From Patescibacteria group bacterium (GTDB lineage: Bacteria > Patescibacteriota > Minisyncoccia > 2-02-FULL-40-12 > IGHO2-01-FULL-4-A): a DNA stretch of 55,700 nucleotides. Below the pieces are notes generated by a model. The model did no database searches, was not told where the DNA came from, and saw only the letters and a program-made list of their open reading frames with translations. The stretch covers positions 1 to 55,700 of the forward strand of contig JBBTSB010000002.1 of the NCBI GenBank assembly GCA_038064915.1, in the 5' to 3' direction. Shown piece by piece: positions 45,523 through 54,767 of this stretch (positions are counted from its first letter, which is position 1; each line of letters begins with the position of its first letter). Position numbers and translations under genes: made by a program.

Positions 45523-46326
45523 ATGTCCATCATTGATAAATACAATTCCAGGGCTGAAAAAGTAAACTCACTCGTGTGCGTAGGGCTTGACAGTGAATAT
45601 GAAAAGCTTCCCTCCTTCGCTAAAGCTTCGGCGGGCGAGGGGCGGCAGTTTGAGTTTAATAAAAAAATTATAGATCAAACGCATGAGTATGTGGCAAGCT
45701 ACAAGGCAAATATTGCTTTTTATGAGGCGAGGGGGGATGAGGGATTGAGGGAACTCAAAAAAACGATGGACTACTTGCGTGAGAAGCATCCGGATATATT
45801 TTTGATCTGCGATGCGAAGCGCGGAGATATTGGCAATACGAATCGAGGATACATTGCAGAAATCTTTGACTGGCTTGGCTTTGACGCCATGACATTGCAT
45901 CCCTATTTTGGTCGTGAATCAATCATGCCATTCCTCGAACGAAAAGATAAGTGCTCTATTATTCTTTGTCGATCTTCAAATCCAGGGGCAGGAGAGCTAC
46001 AGGACTTAACGGTAGATGAAAAACCTCTGTGGCGTGTGGTAGCAGAAAAGGTCCACAAGGAATGGAACTTCAACAACAACTGCATGCTCATGGCGGGGGC
46101 GACCTATCCAGAGGAAATGAAAAAAATCCGCGAGCTTGTCGACGATATGACATTTTTGGTTCCCGGCATTGGTGCACAGGGAGGAAACGTAAAAGAAACC
46201 GTTGAAGCAGGACTCAATAGTCAGAAGAAGGGTCTGATTATCCACAGCGCGCGTGGAATTATCTTTTCCGATGATCCAAAACGTGAGACAATACGGCTAT
46301 ATGAAGAAATTAATCGTCACCGGTAG
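45523..46326 (+). CDS. pyrF: Orotidine-5'-phosphate decarboxylase
   Basis: [50 protein letters not shown]. Confidence 0.95.
   Translation: MSIIDKYNSRAEKVNSLVCVGLDSEYEKLPSFAKASAGEGRQFEFNKKIIDQTHEYVASYKANIAFYEARGDEGLRELKKTMDYLREKHPDIFLICDAKRGDIGNTNRGYIAEIFDWLGFDAMTLHPYFGRESIMPFLERKDKCSIILCRSSNPGAGELQDLTVDEKPLWRVVAEKVHKEWNFNNNCMLMAGATYPEEMKKIRELVDDMTFLVPGIGAQGGNVKETVEAGLNSQKKGLIIHSARGIIFSDDPKRETIRLYEEINRHR
45611..45640 (+). repeat. Palindromic element in frame in pyrF ([10 protein letters not shown])
   Basis: CCTCCTTCGCTAAAGCTTCGGCGGGCGAGG; same core as the tRNA spacer element at 450-473. Confidence 0.7.
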
Positions 46327-47191
46327 TCTCGCAGCGCTCGCTGCTTTATTTTTTGTTGGTGGGACTAATGCAAGTAGTAGTTTGTTTAGTGATGGATTTG
46401 AGTCAGATGATTTTTCAAACTGGACGTCGTCGGAAGTACCATGGACAGTCAATGGCACTAGCAGTATTAGTGCGCATATGGGCATAAAGCGGGCAACGGC
46501 AGAGGGCTTGACGGCAGAAGGTTCAGAAATTGGCTCCATCACCAAAATGCTGTCAACGGCTGGCTTTGAAAACATCTCACTATCTTACTGGTATCGAATA
46601 AAAGAAAATATGGAAACTGGTGATCATGTATGGGTCCAGTGGAGTACCGATGGAAATACATGGAACCAAATTGCAGATCACACTGGAACAGCAACGACTT
46701 CATTTCAATTTGCCAGCTTGGCGCTTCCTTCAGATGCAAATAACCTTGTTGATTTTCAATTCCGGTTTTATGCAAGCTTGGGAAATTCCGGCGATGACTT
46801 CTGGCTCGATGATGTGGAGCTAACGGGCGATGCGATTGCGACTCCGACGCCAACATCGACCCCGACGCCCACTCCGACTCTGGAACCAACTCCTACGCCT
46901 ACCTTGGAGCCAATCCCGACAGTAACTCCAACACCAGAGCCCAGTATCGAGCCCACCCCAACGCCTTCACCTACTCCTGAAATTACTCCAACACCTGAAC
47001 CGACTCCCACTCCAACTCCAGAGCCTACTCCGACTCCAACACCTACCCCGGAACCAACTCTAGAGCCCACTCCCGAGCCGACTGCTCATCTTGATCCTGA
47101 TCCGATCCTCGACGAATCAAATCCCGCCAATGAAAATGCTCTGACACATATCCTCCGCAACATTGCACGGTGGATTGAAAAACATGTATAA
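46301..47191 (+). CDS. Secreted protein: jelly-roll/lectin-like beta domain plus Pro-Thr stalk
   Basis: Signal peptide MKKLIV...[24 protein letters not shown], long PT/PE repeat. Confidence 0.78.
   Translation: MKKLIVTGSLAALAALFFVGGTNASSSLFSDGFESDDFSNWTSSEVPWTVNGTSSISAHMGIKRATAEGLTAEGSEIGSITKMLSTAGFENISLSYWYRIKENMETGDHVWVQWSTDGNTWNQIADHTGTATTSFQFASLALPSDANNLVDFQFRFYASLGNSGDDFWLDDVELTGDAIATPTPTSTPTPTPTLEPTPTPTLEPIPTVTPTPEPSIEPTPTPSPTPEITPTPEPTPTPTPEPTPTPTPTPEPTLEPTPEPTAHLDPDPILDESNPANENALTHILRNIARWIEKHV
46841..47082 (+). repeat. Low-complexity (Pro-Thr/Glu) coding repeats
   Basis: [20 protein letters not shown]...; codons are diverged between units. Confidence 0.9.
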
Positions 47192-47200
47192 TAGCATCAT

Positions 47201-47707
47201 ATGAGGAACACTCTTGCTCACGCATTACTTGCACTGTTTGTTGTCACTCTTGCCGCATCGAATATGCTCCTTGCCGACAAGTTTGTTGACGCTCAATCGC
47301 AGATTCCGGCGCTCGCCGGACGCTTGGCGGTTTTAGAAACTACTCACCTGCCTATTCCCAGCCCCACGTCGACTCCACTTCCCATCCCCACAAATGCTCC
47401 GCTCATAGAATCGTTGACACCAGCGATTGGCAGAGCTGGGACGACCGTGACGGTAAAAGGAATTGATTTTCTCCCTACGGGAAATGAGGTCATCATTGGC
47501 ACCACCTGGGTGGGAAGCTTTATCAGCCGTGATGGCAACACGATTCGATTTACCGTACCGCAACGCATGGTGACGTGCATGGGTGAGGGTGACCGAGAAA
47601 TATGCAAAATCACGTCCACGAGTACTTTTGTCGGAAAATCGCCACTCGTATGGATTCGCAACGCTTACGGCCAAAGCAATCGTGTTCCTTTCTTCATAAA
47701 GAAATAG
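47201..47707 (+). CDS. IPT/TIG domain protein with N-terminal TM
   Basis: PLIESLTPAIGRAGTTVTVKGIDF..GNEV; TIRFTVP; NAYGQSN.V.F. Confidence 0.8.
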   Translation: MRNTLAHALLALFVVTLAASNMLLADKFVDAQSQIPALAGRLAVLETTHLPIPSPTSTPLPIPTNAPLIESLTPAIGRAGTTVTVKGIDFLPTGNEVIIGTTWVGSFISRDGNTIRFTVPQRMVTCMGEGDREICKITSTSTFVGKSPLVWIRNAYGQSNRVPFFIKK

Positions 47708-47708
47708 T

Positions 47709-50700
47709 CTACACCAGTGCGGTAACCGACTTCACATCATCACACAAAAGTTTGGGGACTCCATCGCGGTCGTTGAGTTTGCCGCTCACCACGACGATGT
47801 TGTTTTCCACAAAGGCATTCGGATACTGATCGAGTACCGTAGGGAAGACCACAAGCTCAATTTTTGATGTTATGTCTTCAATCCAGGTAAACAACATCGG
47901 CTTGCCGGTTTTGGTGACGATTTTTTGAACCTTGATAACCAGTCCGCTTACATGGACGGATGAAGTCGATTTCTTTTGTACGACATCACGAATAGATGAC
48001 GTGCCGTTTGCGTAATCTCGCAACGGATGGTCCGTAATGAAAAGGCCAAGAAGCTCCTTTTCCCAGAGGAGTTTTTCAAAGCGCCGTGCCGGAGAGACTT
48101 CCTTGAGTCGAAGTGCGGGAAGAACAACAACATCCCCTCCAAACAAACTTGATTGCCCCATACTAGACTGTCGTTGATGTTCGCGGGCATGAGTGAGCAA
48201 CTCATCTACGCTTGCCAGAAGCGCCGTTCGTTCACCACACACATCCAGGGCACCACATTTAATGAGACTTTCGAGAGATTTTTTGTTGAGATCCTTGCTT
48301 TGCACTCGCTGAACGACATTTTCCGCCGTAGTAAAAGGACCATTGGCCAGACGCTCTTTGATAATCGCATCGACAACATTGATGCCAACATTTTTTATGG
48401 CAGCTAGCCCGAATCGAATCTTATTCTCTCCGGGTATAACAGTAAATCCAGCCATACTCTCATTGATTTGTGGTGGTAGCACTTCGATATCCATCGTCCG
48501 ACATTCATCAATCAAAAATGCCACGCGCTCAATATCACCGGAATCAGAATTCATAAGCGCCGCCATGAATTCAATCGGATAATTGCCTTTCAAGTATGCC
48601 GTCTGATACGCAAGCATCGCATAGCATGCCGCATGGGAACGATTAAATGCATAGCGATTGAATGGTTCTACGAGTTCCCAAAATTTATCGGCGATAGCCT
48701 TGGGAGTTCCCACCTTTTCTGCTCCCGATTTAAATTTCTCTTCCTGCTCATCAAGTAGTTTTTTGATTTTTTTACCTACGGCTCTTCGCAAAACATCCGC
48801 TTCCGAAGGAGTAAAGCCCGCCAATACCTGAACAGCTTGGATCAGCTGTTCCTGGTAGACCATAATGCCATAGGTGTTTTTGAGTACCGGTTCTAGGTTC
48901 GGATGGAGATAGGTGATAGCTTTCTTGCCGTGTTTGCGATCTATATACTCGGGAATGAGCTCCATCGGACCTGGACGGTACAAGGAGACCATGGCGATAA
49001 TGTCTTCTATCTCCGTGGGCTTGAGATTTTTGAGGTAGCGTTTCATGCCGCTGGATTCAAGCTGGAATACACCCGTCGTCTGTGCTTTTTTGAAAACCTG
49101 AAAAGCTTTTTTGTCATCCAGAGGAATTTCATCAATATTGATTTTTATGCCGTGGTTTTGCTCGATGATTTTGAGAGCATTTTGAATGATCGTAAGGTTG
49201 GCAAGTCCCAAAAAATCCATTTTTAAAAGACCGAGATCTTCAATGGCATGCATTTCATACTGGGTGATTATGTCATTCTCTTTTGTGCCACGCTGGAGGG
49301 GAACATACTCGGTCAGCGGTTTTGGCGTGATCACCACGGCACAAGCATGCGTTGAGGAGTGTCGTGCCACGCCTTCCAGTGACATGGCCGCGTCGATGAG
49401 TTTCCTGACGTCTTGATTCGTATGGTAGAGTTGTTTGAGCTCATCAACATCCTCAATGCAGCGTTTCAGGTAGCCAGATTTTTCTCCTTGTTGAGGATTG
49501 ACGGGAATAAGCTTTGCCACACGATCACAAAGGTCATAGGAATATCCAAGAGCGCGCCCCGCATCGCGAATGCCTCCACGGGCTGCCATGGTACCAAAGG
49601 TAATAATTTGCGCAAAATGATCTTTTCCGTATTTTTCACGAACATACTGAAACACTTCATCGCGGCGTGCATCGTCAAAGTCGATATCGATATCTGGCTG
49701 ACTCACCCGAGCAGGATTGAGAAAACGTTCAAAGAGGAGATTATATTTAATGGGGTCGACGTTGGTAATGTTCAAGAGGTAGGTAATCAAACTTCCCGCA
49801 GCTGAACCTCGGCCTGGACCCACAATGATGCCTTGCTGCTTCGCCCAATTTACAAAATCTTGCACAATCAAGAAGTATGATGCAAATCCGGTGGTTTTGA
49901 TGACATCGAGCTCGTAATTCAGACGTGTGCGAATCTCATCACTGATATCCGTTCCATATCGACGCACCAAGCCTTGTGAAGCAAGTTCGGTGAGATAGCT
50001 ATTGGCATCGTGTCCGGACGGAAGGGGAAATTCTGGAAGCTGGATAGTTCCCAACGGGATTTCCACATTGCAACGATCAGCAATGCGAGCAGTATTTTCT
50101 ATTGCTTCGGGAACATCAGAAAATTTTTCTTCTATCTGCTGAGCTGAGGAAATAGAGAAATCCCCCTGTCGCATAGAGAAACGATCTTTTTCATCAAGGT
50201 TATTTCCCGTCTGGACTGCAAGGAGCACTTCATGCGCATGTCCGTCTTCAGTACGCAAATAATGCGCATCCGCCGTTACAACCAGCGGAATCCCCGTATC
50301 CCGAGCGAGGGCGATCAATTTTGGAGTTACGGTATTTTGATCTTCGATATTTTGGTGACGTTGCAACTCTATAAAAAAATTCCCTTTCCCAAACATTTCC
50401 TGGTACTGCATAGCAATCTGTCTGGCTTTCCCGTCGTTTCCAGACAGCAATGCTCGGGAGATTTCTCCTCCCAAACATGCCGAGAGAGCAATGAGTCCTT
50501 CTGTATGCCGTGCTAAAAGATTTTTATCGATGCGCGGCTTGTAGTAAAACCCGTCCAGATGTGCCGCCGTGGTGAGCTTAATGAGGTTTTTGTATCCTGT
50601 TGTGTTTTCGGCAAGAAGAATGAGATGATAGTAGTTCTTTCCATCAGCACCGGGGCGTTTATCATACATGTTGTCCGCCACGTACGCTTCAATACCAATG

Positions 50701-50885
50701 ATCGGCTTGATGCCGGCCTTTATGGCCTTCTGATAAAACTCGATCGCACCATACAGTACTCCATGATCCGTGATCGCGATCGCATCCATGCCGAGTTCTT
50801 TGGTACGTGCGATCAGGTCATCAATTTTTGAGAGCCCATCGAGGAGGGAATAGTGAGTATGGTTGTGGAGATGCACAAAACGCAT
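47709..50885 (-). CDS. dnaE: DNA polymerase III alpha subunit
   Basis: FVHLHNHTHYSLLDG, GPGRGSAAGS, PDIDIDFD, KMDFLGL, GVFQLES, YAFNRSHA; no intein. Confidence 0.98.
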   Translation of the reverse strand: MRFVHLHNHTHYSLLDGLSKIDDLIARTKELGMDAIAITDHGVLYGAIEFYQKAIKAGIKPIIGIEAYVADNMYDKRPGADGKNYYHLILLAENTTGYKNLIKLTTAAHLDGFYYKPRIDKNLLARHTEGLIALSACLGGEISRALLSGNDGKARQIAMQYQEMFGKGNFFIELQRHQNIEDQNTVTPKLIALARDTGIPLVVTADAHYLRTEDGHAHEVLLAVQTGNNLDEKDRFSMRQGDFSISSAQQIEEKFSDVPEAIENTARIADRCNVEIPLGTIQLPEFPLPSGHDANSYLTELASQGLVRRYGTDISDEIRTRLNYELDVIKTTGFASYFLIVQDFVNWAKQQGIIVGPGRGSAAGSLITYLLNITNVDPIKYNLLFERFLNPARVSQPDIDIDFDDARRDEVFQYVREKYGKDHFAQIITFGTMAARGGIRDAGRALGYSYDLCDRVAKLIPVNPQQGEKSGYLKRCIEDVDELKQLYHTNQDVRKLIDAAMSLEGVARHSSTHACAVVITPKPLTEYVPLQRGTKENDIITQYEMHAIEDLGLLKMDFLGLANLTIIQNALKIIEQNHGIKINIDEIPLDDKKAFQVFKKAQTTGVFQLESSGMKRYLKNLKPTEIEDIIAMVSLYRPGPMELIPEYIDRKHGKKAITYLHPNLEPVLKNTYGIMVYQEQLIQAVQVLAGFTPSEADVLRRAVGKKIKKLLDEQEEKFKSGAEKVGTPKAIADKFWELVEPFNRYAFNRSHAACYAMLAYQTAYLKGNYPIEFMAALMNSDSGDIERVAFLIDECRTMDIEVLPPQINESMAGFTVIPGENKIRFGLAAIKNVGINVVDAIIKERLANGPFTTAENVVQRVQSKDLNKKSLESLIKCGALDVCGERTALLASVDELLTHAREHQRQSSMGQSSLFGGDVVVLPALRLKEVSPARRFEKLLWEKELLGLFITDHPLRDYANGTSSIRDVVQKKSTSSVHVSGLVIKVQKIVTKTGKPMLFTWIEDITSKIELVVFPTVLDQYPNAFVENNIVVVSGKLNDRDGVPKLLCDDVKSVTALV

Positions 50886-50992
50886 GCATCATCTTAGCAC
50901 TGTAAGAATTGATCAGCAACTTCGTTAATTACAAACTGTGCTGTAATGTTTGTCAATCTCTTTTCGTCTTATATAGCCAGAGGGAGGAATTC

Positions 50993-51097
50993 ATGAGAAG
51001 AATCCGCCAAGCCATTCAGCTCCTCCGTACCCAGCGCAACACGCCCGCGATTCGCCGCAGAGTCGCCCTGCTGTACCTCGAGGCAAAGCGCAAGTAG
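50993..51097 (+). CDS. Small basic orphan peptide (34 aa)
   Basis: GAGGGAGG SD 5 nt before ATG; MRRIRQAIQLLRTQRNTPAIRRRVALLYLEAKRK; hairpin follows. Confidence 0.5.
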   Translation: MRRIRQAIQLLRTQRNTPAIRRRVALLYLEAKRK

Positions 51098-51103
51098 CAC
51101 CCC

Positions 51104-51130
51104 GAGCCACCGCCTCCCCAGGCGTGGCTC
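51104..51130 (+). terminator. GC hairpin GAGCCAC..GCCT/AGGC..GTGGCTC
   Basis: Immediately after the 34-aa ORF; no strong T-tract. Confidence 0.4.
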
Positions 51131-51184
51131 AAGCATGCGTACATGTGGTATAGTAAGAAAAATAATGATTTTGCGTCTAGTTCT

Positions 51185-51685
51185 ATGGTTATCGACACAG
51201 CGACATTTGAAAAGATATACGATGATTTTGCCCCGAAAATCTTCAAGTTTTGCTACTTTCGGGTAAGCTCCAAAGAGGAGGCAGAGGACATCGCTTCGCT
51301 GGTATTTATCCGGGCATGGGATCATATTGCTGTCGGCAAAGAAGTGACCAATGTTCAGGGATTCCTCTATCGAATCGCGAACAACCTGGTCATCGATTTT
51401 TACCGGAAGAACAAAGATAAGCGCGAGCTGTCTATAGATGATCCCGTCAACCCCATCGATGTTCCCGATAAAGCAGATTTTGTCGAACAGCTTGATCAGC
51501 GCATGCTTGTTCAAGAGATTCAAGGAAAACTCGAACGTCTACAGGACAATTACCGTGACGTCATTGTCATGAAGTACATCAACGATCTTTCAATAAAAGA
51601 AATTGCCGAAGTATTGGAGACGTCTGAAAATAACATATCTGTCCGTCTCCATCGAGCCATAGAAAAATTAAAAACACTGACATGA
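51185..51685 (+). CDS. ECF-type sigma factor (second)
   Basis: FEKIYDDFAPKIFKFCYFRV..EEAEDIAS.VF; FLYRIANNLVIDFYR; LSIKEIAEVL..SVRLHRA. Confidence 0.92.
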   Translation: MVIDTATFEKIYDDFAPKIFKFCYFRVSSKEEAEDIASLVFIRAWDHIAVGKEVTNVQGFLYRIANNLVIDFYRKNKDKRELSIDDPVNPIDVPDKADFVEQLDQRMLVQEIQGKLERLQDNYRDVIVMKYINDLSIKEIAEVLETSENNISVRLHRAIEKLKTLT

Positions 51686-52737
51686 ACAAGGACATCACAA
51701 AACAATTAGAAAAACTTTCACGATACTCCATCGTAGATAAAAAATGGATTACCTCCAACAAGCGGCGTTTGGTTGCCTACATGGATCAGCATCCAAAGAG
51801 TCCTCATCTCATACGATCTCGATATTTGTTCCGTCTCGCACCGGCATTTCTTGTAGCTCTGCTTATCGTGGTAACAAGCGGCGTGACGTTTGCTTCTCAA
51901 TACAGCATCCCCGGTGATTTTCTCTACGCATGGAAAGTGGGAGTTGTTGAAAATGTTGAATCGATGTTTGTCATCGGCGTACAGAGCCGTGCGAATTTTG
52001 AAGTTGAACTCACCACGAAACGATTGCAAGAAATGACTGAATTGACGGTGAGTAAGACGGCAAACCCTGTGATTGTGCAAAAAGCCCGTGAACGACTCCA
52101 AAATCAAATTACAGTTGCATCTACAACTATTGCAGCAGCGGCTTCTCAAGATACCGGGAAAGCTCTGGAAACAGCGGTGAAACTGGAAGCTGCACTGAAT
52201 GCCCACCAAAATGTTTTGACTACGATTCAGGAAAAAGTGAGCGAGGAAGCACATTCACAAGTTCAAGACACACTTTCGACGCTCCAAGACACAGCAGATG
52301 ACATTCACGATGCAATTGAAACCCTGAAGGTACAAAATGAACAATCTTGGGTCTTGACCAAAACAGAAGCTGACCTCAAAATTGAAGCGGAAAATAAGCT
52401 TAAGTCTACCCAAGAACAGCTGGATGCCATGTGGAACACCATGGTCACTATTGAGCATACAAGCGATTTGAGCCTTGAAGCCGAACAAAATCTCGAGGCA
52501 GCACAAGAAGCGCTAACGAATGCAGAGCTCCTTCTCGAAGCTGAAGTTTATAGTGATGCATTGCTAGAAATACAAAGCGCCACACAACTCATTTCAAAAA
52601 CCAAAGCTCTTTTTACGGCGACCCAGGAATCAGGAACTATTGTAAAAGAAATCTTAGATGTGACTCCAACGCCTTCCCCAACTATTAATCCAACGCCGAC
52701 TCCTCCGGCAACTAATTCCTTGCCAATTAATATGTAA
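51682..52737 (+). CDS. DUF5667-like membrane-anchored helical protein, candidate anti-sigma
   Basis: TM segment then SIPGDFLYAWK..VENV...KRLQEM; long helical region; overlaps the sigma stop. Confidence 0.72.
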   Translation: MNKDITKQLEKLSRYSIVDKKWITSNKRRLVAYMDQHPKSPHLIRSRYLFRLAPAFLVALLIVVTSGVTFASQYSIPGDFLYAWKVGVVENVESMFVIGVQSRANFEVELTTKRLQEMTELTVSKTANPVIVQKARERLQNQITVASTTIAAAASQDTGKALETAVKLEAALNAHQNVLTTIQEKVSEEAHSQVQDTLSTLQDTADDIHDAIETLKVQNEQSWVLTKTEADLKIEAENKLKSTQEQLDAMWNTMVTIEHTSDLSLEAEQNLEAAQEALTNAELLLEAEVYSDALLEIQSATQLISKTKALFTATQESGTIVKEILDVTPTPSPTINPTPTPPATNSLPINM

Positions 52738-52755
52738 CATGGTAGGTTAGGAACC

Positions 52756-52980
52756 ATGGGCGTTCCACGAGCACATTCAACACGAGGGCAAAAAGGACGA
52801 AGACGAAGCCACCTCTCACTGAAGCCAGGGGTGTTTTCAGTTTGTAGCCACTGCAAAAAACCTACCCTTCCCCACACTGTCTGCCGATACTGCGGATTCT
52901 ATGAGGGAAAGGAAGTCGTCAATGTCCTTGCTCGTGAATTGAAAAAACAAGAAAAGCAAAAGAAACGAGCTACTTCATAA
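52756..52980 (+). CDS. rpmF: 50S ribosomal protein L32
   Basis: [19 protein letters not shown]; [14 protein letters not shown]. Confidence 0.95.
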   Translation: MGVPRAHSTRGQKGRRRSHLSLKPGVFSVCSHCKKPTLPHTVCRYCGFYEGKEVVNVLARELKKQEKQKKRATS

Positions 52981-53444
52981 TGGCCTCGCGACATCTTTCA
53001 CGTTCGATTGCCATGCAATCTCTCTATGAGTGGGATTTCAAAGGACGGGATCCGGTGATCCTGGATGAGATCGTAACTCACAATGTCAAAGAATTCGCAC
53101 CCGGCATGGACAGCACCAAGTTCATCAAAAACCTGGTGGATGGTGCGGTGAGTCGTCTAAGAGAAATTGATACTATCATAGAAAAAGCCGCTCCTCAGTG
53201 GGCCATTGATCAGATCGCCCCCGTAGATCGCGCAGTGTTGCGACTTGGCATATACGAACTTCTCTTTGGAAATCAAGATGAGGTACCTCCAAAAGTCGCC
53301 ATAAACGAGGCTATTGAACTAGCAAAAACGTTTGGCGGCGACTCCTCGGGAAAATTCGTCAACGGCGTACTGGGCACGATCTACCGAGAAATCGGCGAGC
53401 CAAGAAAATTTGAAACATCAAAGAAAAAAAATGAACAATCTTGA
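52980..53444 (+). CDS. nusB: Transcription antitermination factor NusB
   Basis: [49 protein letters not shown]. Confidence 0.96.
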   Translation: MASRHLSRSIAMQSLYEWDFKGRDPVILDEIVTHNVKEFAPGMDSTKFIKNLVDGAVSRLREIDTIIEKAAPQWAIDQIAPVDRAVLRLGIYELLFGNQDEVPPKVAINEAIELAKTFGGDSSGKFVNGVLGTIYREIGEPRKFETSKKKNEQS

Positions 53445-54096
53445 AGCACTATTCAAAAATAAAGATCTTCTGCGAACGGCACTGACGCATCGATCTTACT
53501 TGAATGAGAATCCATCATGGAACTACGAACACAACGAACGCCTGGAATTTTTGGGGGACGCGGTCTTGGAGCTGGTGGTGACCGAATATCTTTATTTAAA
53601 CTACTCCAATCCAGAGGGGGAGATGACCAACTGGCGAGCTGCGTTAGTAAACTCTGTGATGCTTTCGAAAGTCGCCGGCAAAATAGGACTTAATGAGCAT
53701 CTGTTGCTTTCTCGCGGAGAAGCCAAAGACACTGGACGTGCCCGCCAATATATTTTGGCAAACGCCGTTGAAGCGGTCATCGGAGCGCTCTACCTCGATC
53801 AGGGGTACGAAGCGGCAAAGAAATTGATTATGGAATTTATCATGGATGAGCTTGCTTCTATTTTACAAGAAAAAACCTACCGAGATGCAAAAAGCCGTTT
53901 CCAGGAAGAAGCGCAGGAACGCCTAAGTATCACCCCGAATTATCAGGTATTGGAGGAATGGGGACCGGATCATGCGAGAAATTTCAAAGTCGGAGTCTAC
54001 TTGGAAAAAGATCTTGTAGGCGAAGGAAGTGGCCCCTCGAAGCAAGAAGCCCAGCAATCTGCCGCCGAAGATGCACTTGCAAAAAAGGGCTGGTGA
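53431..54096 (+). CDS. rnc: Ribonuclease III
   Basis: [33 protein letters not shown], dsRBD KSRFQE...[11 protein letters not shown]. Confidence 0.96.
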   Translation: MNNLEALFKNKDLLRTALTHRSYLNENPSWNYEHNERLEFLGDAVLELVVTEYLYLNYSNPEGEMTNWRAALVNSVMLSKVAGKIGLNEHLLLSRGEAKDTGRARQYILANAVEAVIGALYLDQGYEAAKKLIMEFIMDELASILQEKTYRDAKSRFQEEAQERLSITPNYQVLEEWGPDHARNFKVGVYLEKDLVGEGSGPSKQEAQQSAAEDALAKKGW

Positions 54097-54112
54097 TGGT
54101 ATTCTCACATCC

Positions 54113-54403
54113 ATGTTAAAGATGCGATTACAACGAATTGGCAAGCCTGGTCATGCATACTTTCGCCTGGCTGTTCTTGAACATACAACCAAAGCACAAG
54201 GAAAATACCTGGAACTTTTGGGTTCCTATGATCCGCACAAGAAACAGCTACAGGCAAAAAAAGAGAGGATTCGGTATTGGATGAGCAAGGGGGTTCAACT
54301 TACGCCATCAGTAAACAACCTTCTTATTACCCATAACGTCATACAAGGAGAAAAGGTAAAAGCGTGGAAGCCAAAAATAAATAAAGCGGCACCAGCGGCA
54401 TAA
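54113..54403 (+). CDS. rpsP: 30S ribosomal protein S16
   Basis: MLKMRLQRIGK, ELLGSYDP, YWMSKGVQLT. Confidence 0.93.
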   Translation: MLKMRLQRIGKPGHAYFRLAVLEHTTKAQGKYLELLGSYDPHKKQLQAKKERIRYWMSKGVQLTPSVNNLLITHNVIQGEKVKAWKPKINKAAPAA

Positions 54404-54407
54404 TACT

Positions 54408-54767
54408 ATGACAGACCAGCACGGAGACAAGGATTTCGTCGAATACATCATTAAGAACATCGTCAACCATCCTGAAGAAGTTGTAGTAAGCAGAAAAACG
54501 GATGAGATGGGTGTGTTGCTCGAAGTAAAAGTAAATCCCGAGGACATGGGGCTTTTGATAGGACGATCTGGAGCAACCGCAAAAGCAATCCGCATTCTCG
54601 CTCGTATCATCGGTATGCGCAACAACGCCCGCGTAAACCTACGCATTTTGGAACCCGAGGGCAGTACTCACGGACAGCAAATGCCCCCAATTCAAGAACC
54701 CAAAAAACCAAGCGAACCTCAAATGCGAGATCTCGATGATGTCGTCGGAGACATCGGAAAATTCTAA
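54408..54767 (+). CDS. khpA: KH-domain RNA-binding protein
   Basis: DMGLLIGRSGATAKAIR; position between rpsP and trmD. Confidence 0.88.
   Translation: MTDQHGDKDFVEYIIKNIVNHPEEVVVSRKTDEMGVLLEVKVNPEDMGLLIGRSGATAKAIRILARIIGMRNNARVNLRILEPEGSTHGQQMPPIQEPKKPSEPQMRDLDDVVGDIGKF

Noticed and set aside
46841-47082. Repeat tract as a possible CRISPR array
   Set aside because: Units are 6-12 nt, degenerate, in frame and without unique spacers; no cas genes are in the window.
47709-50885. Intein in dnaE
   Set aside because: Length (1058 aa) and motifs are continuous; no intein C/S...HN termini or homing endonuclease domain.
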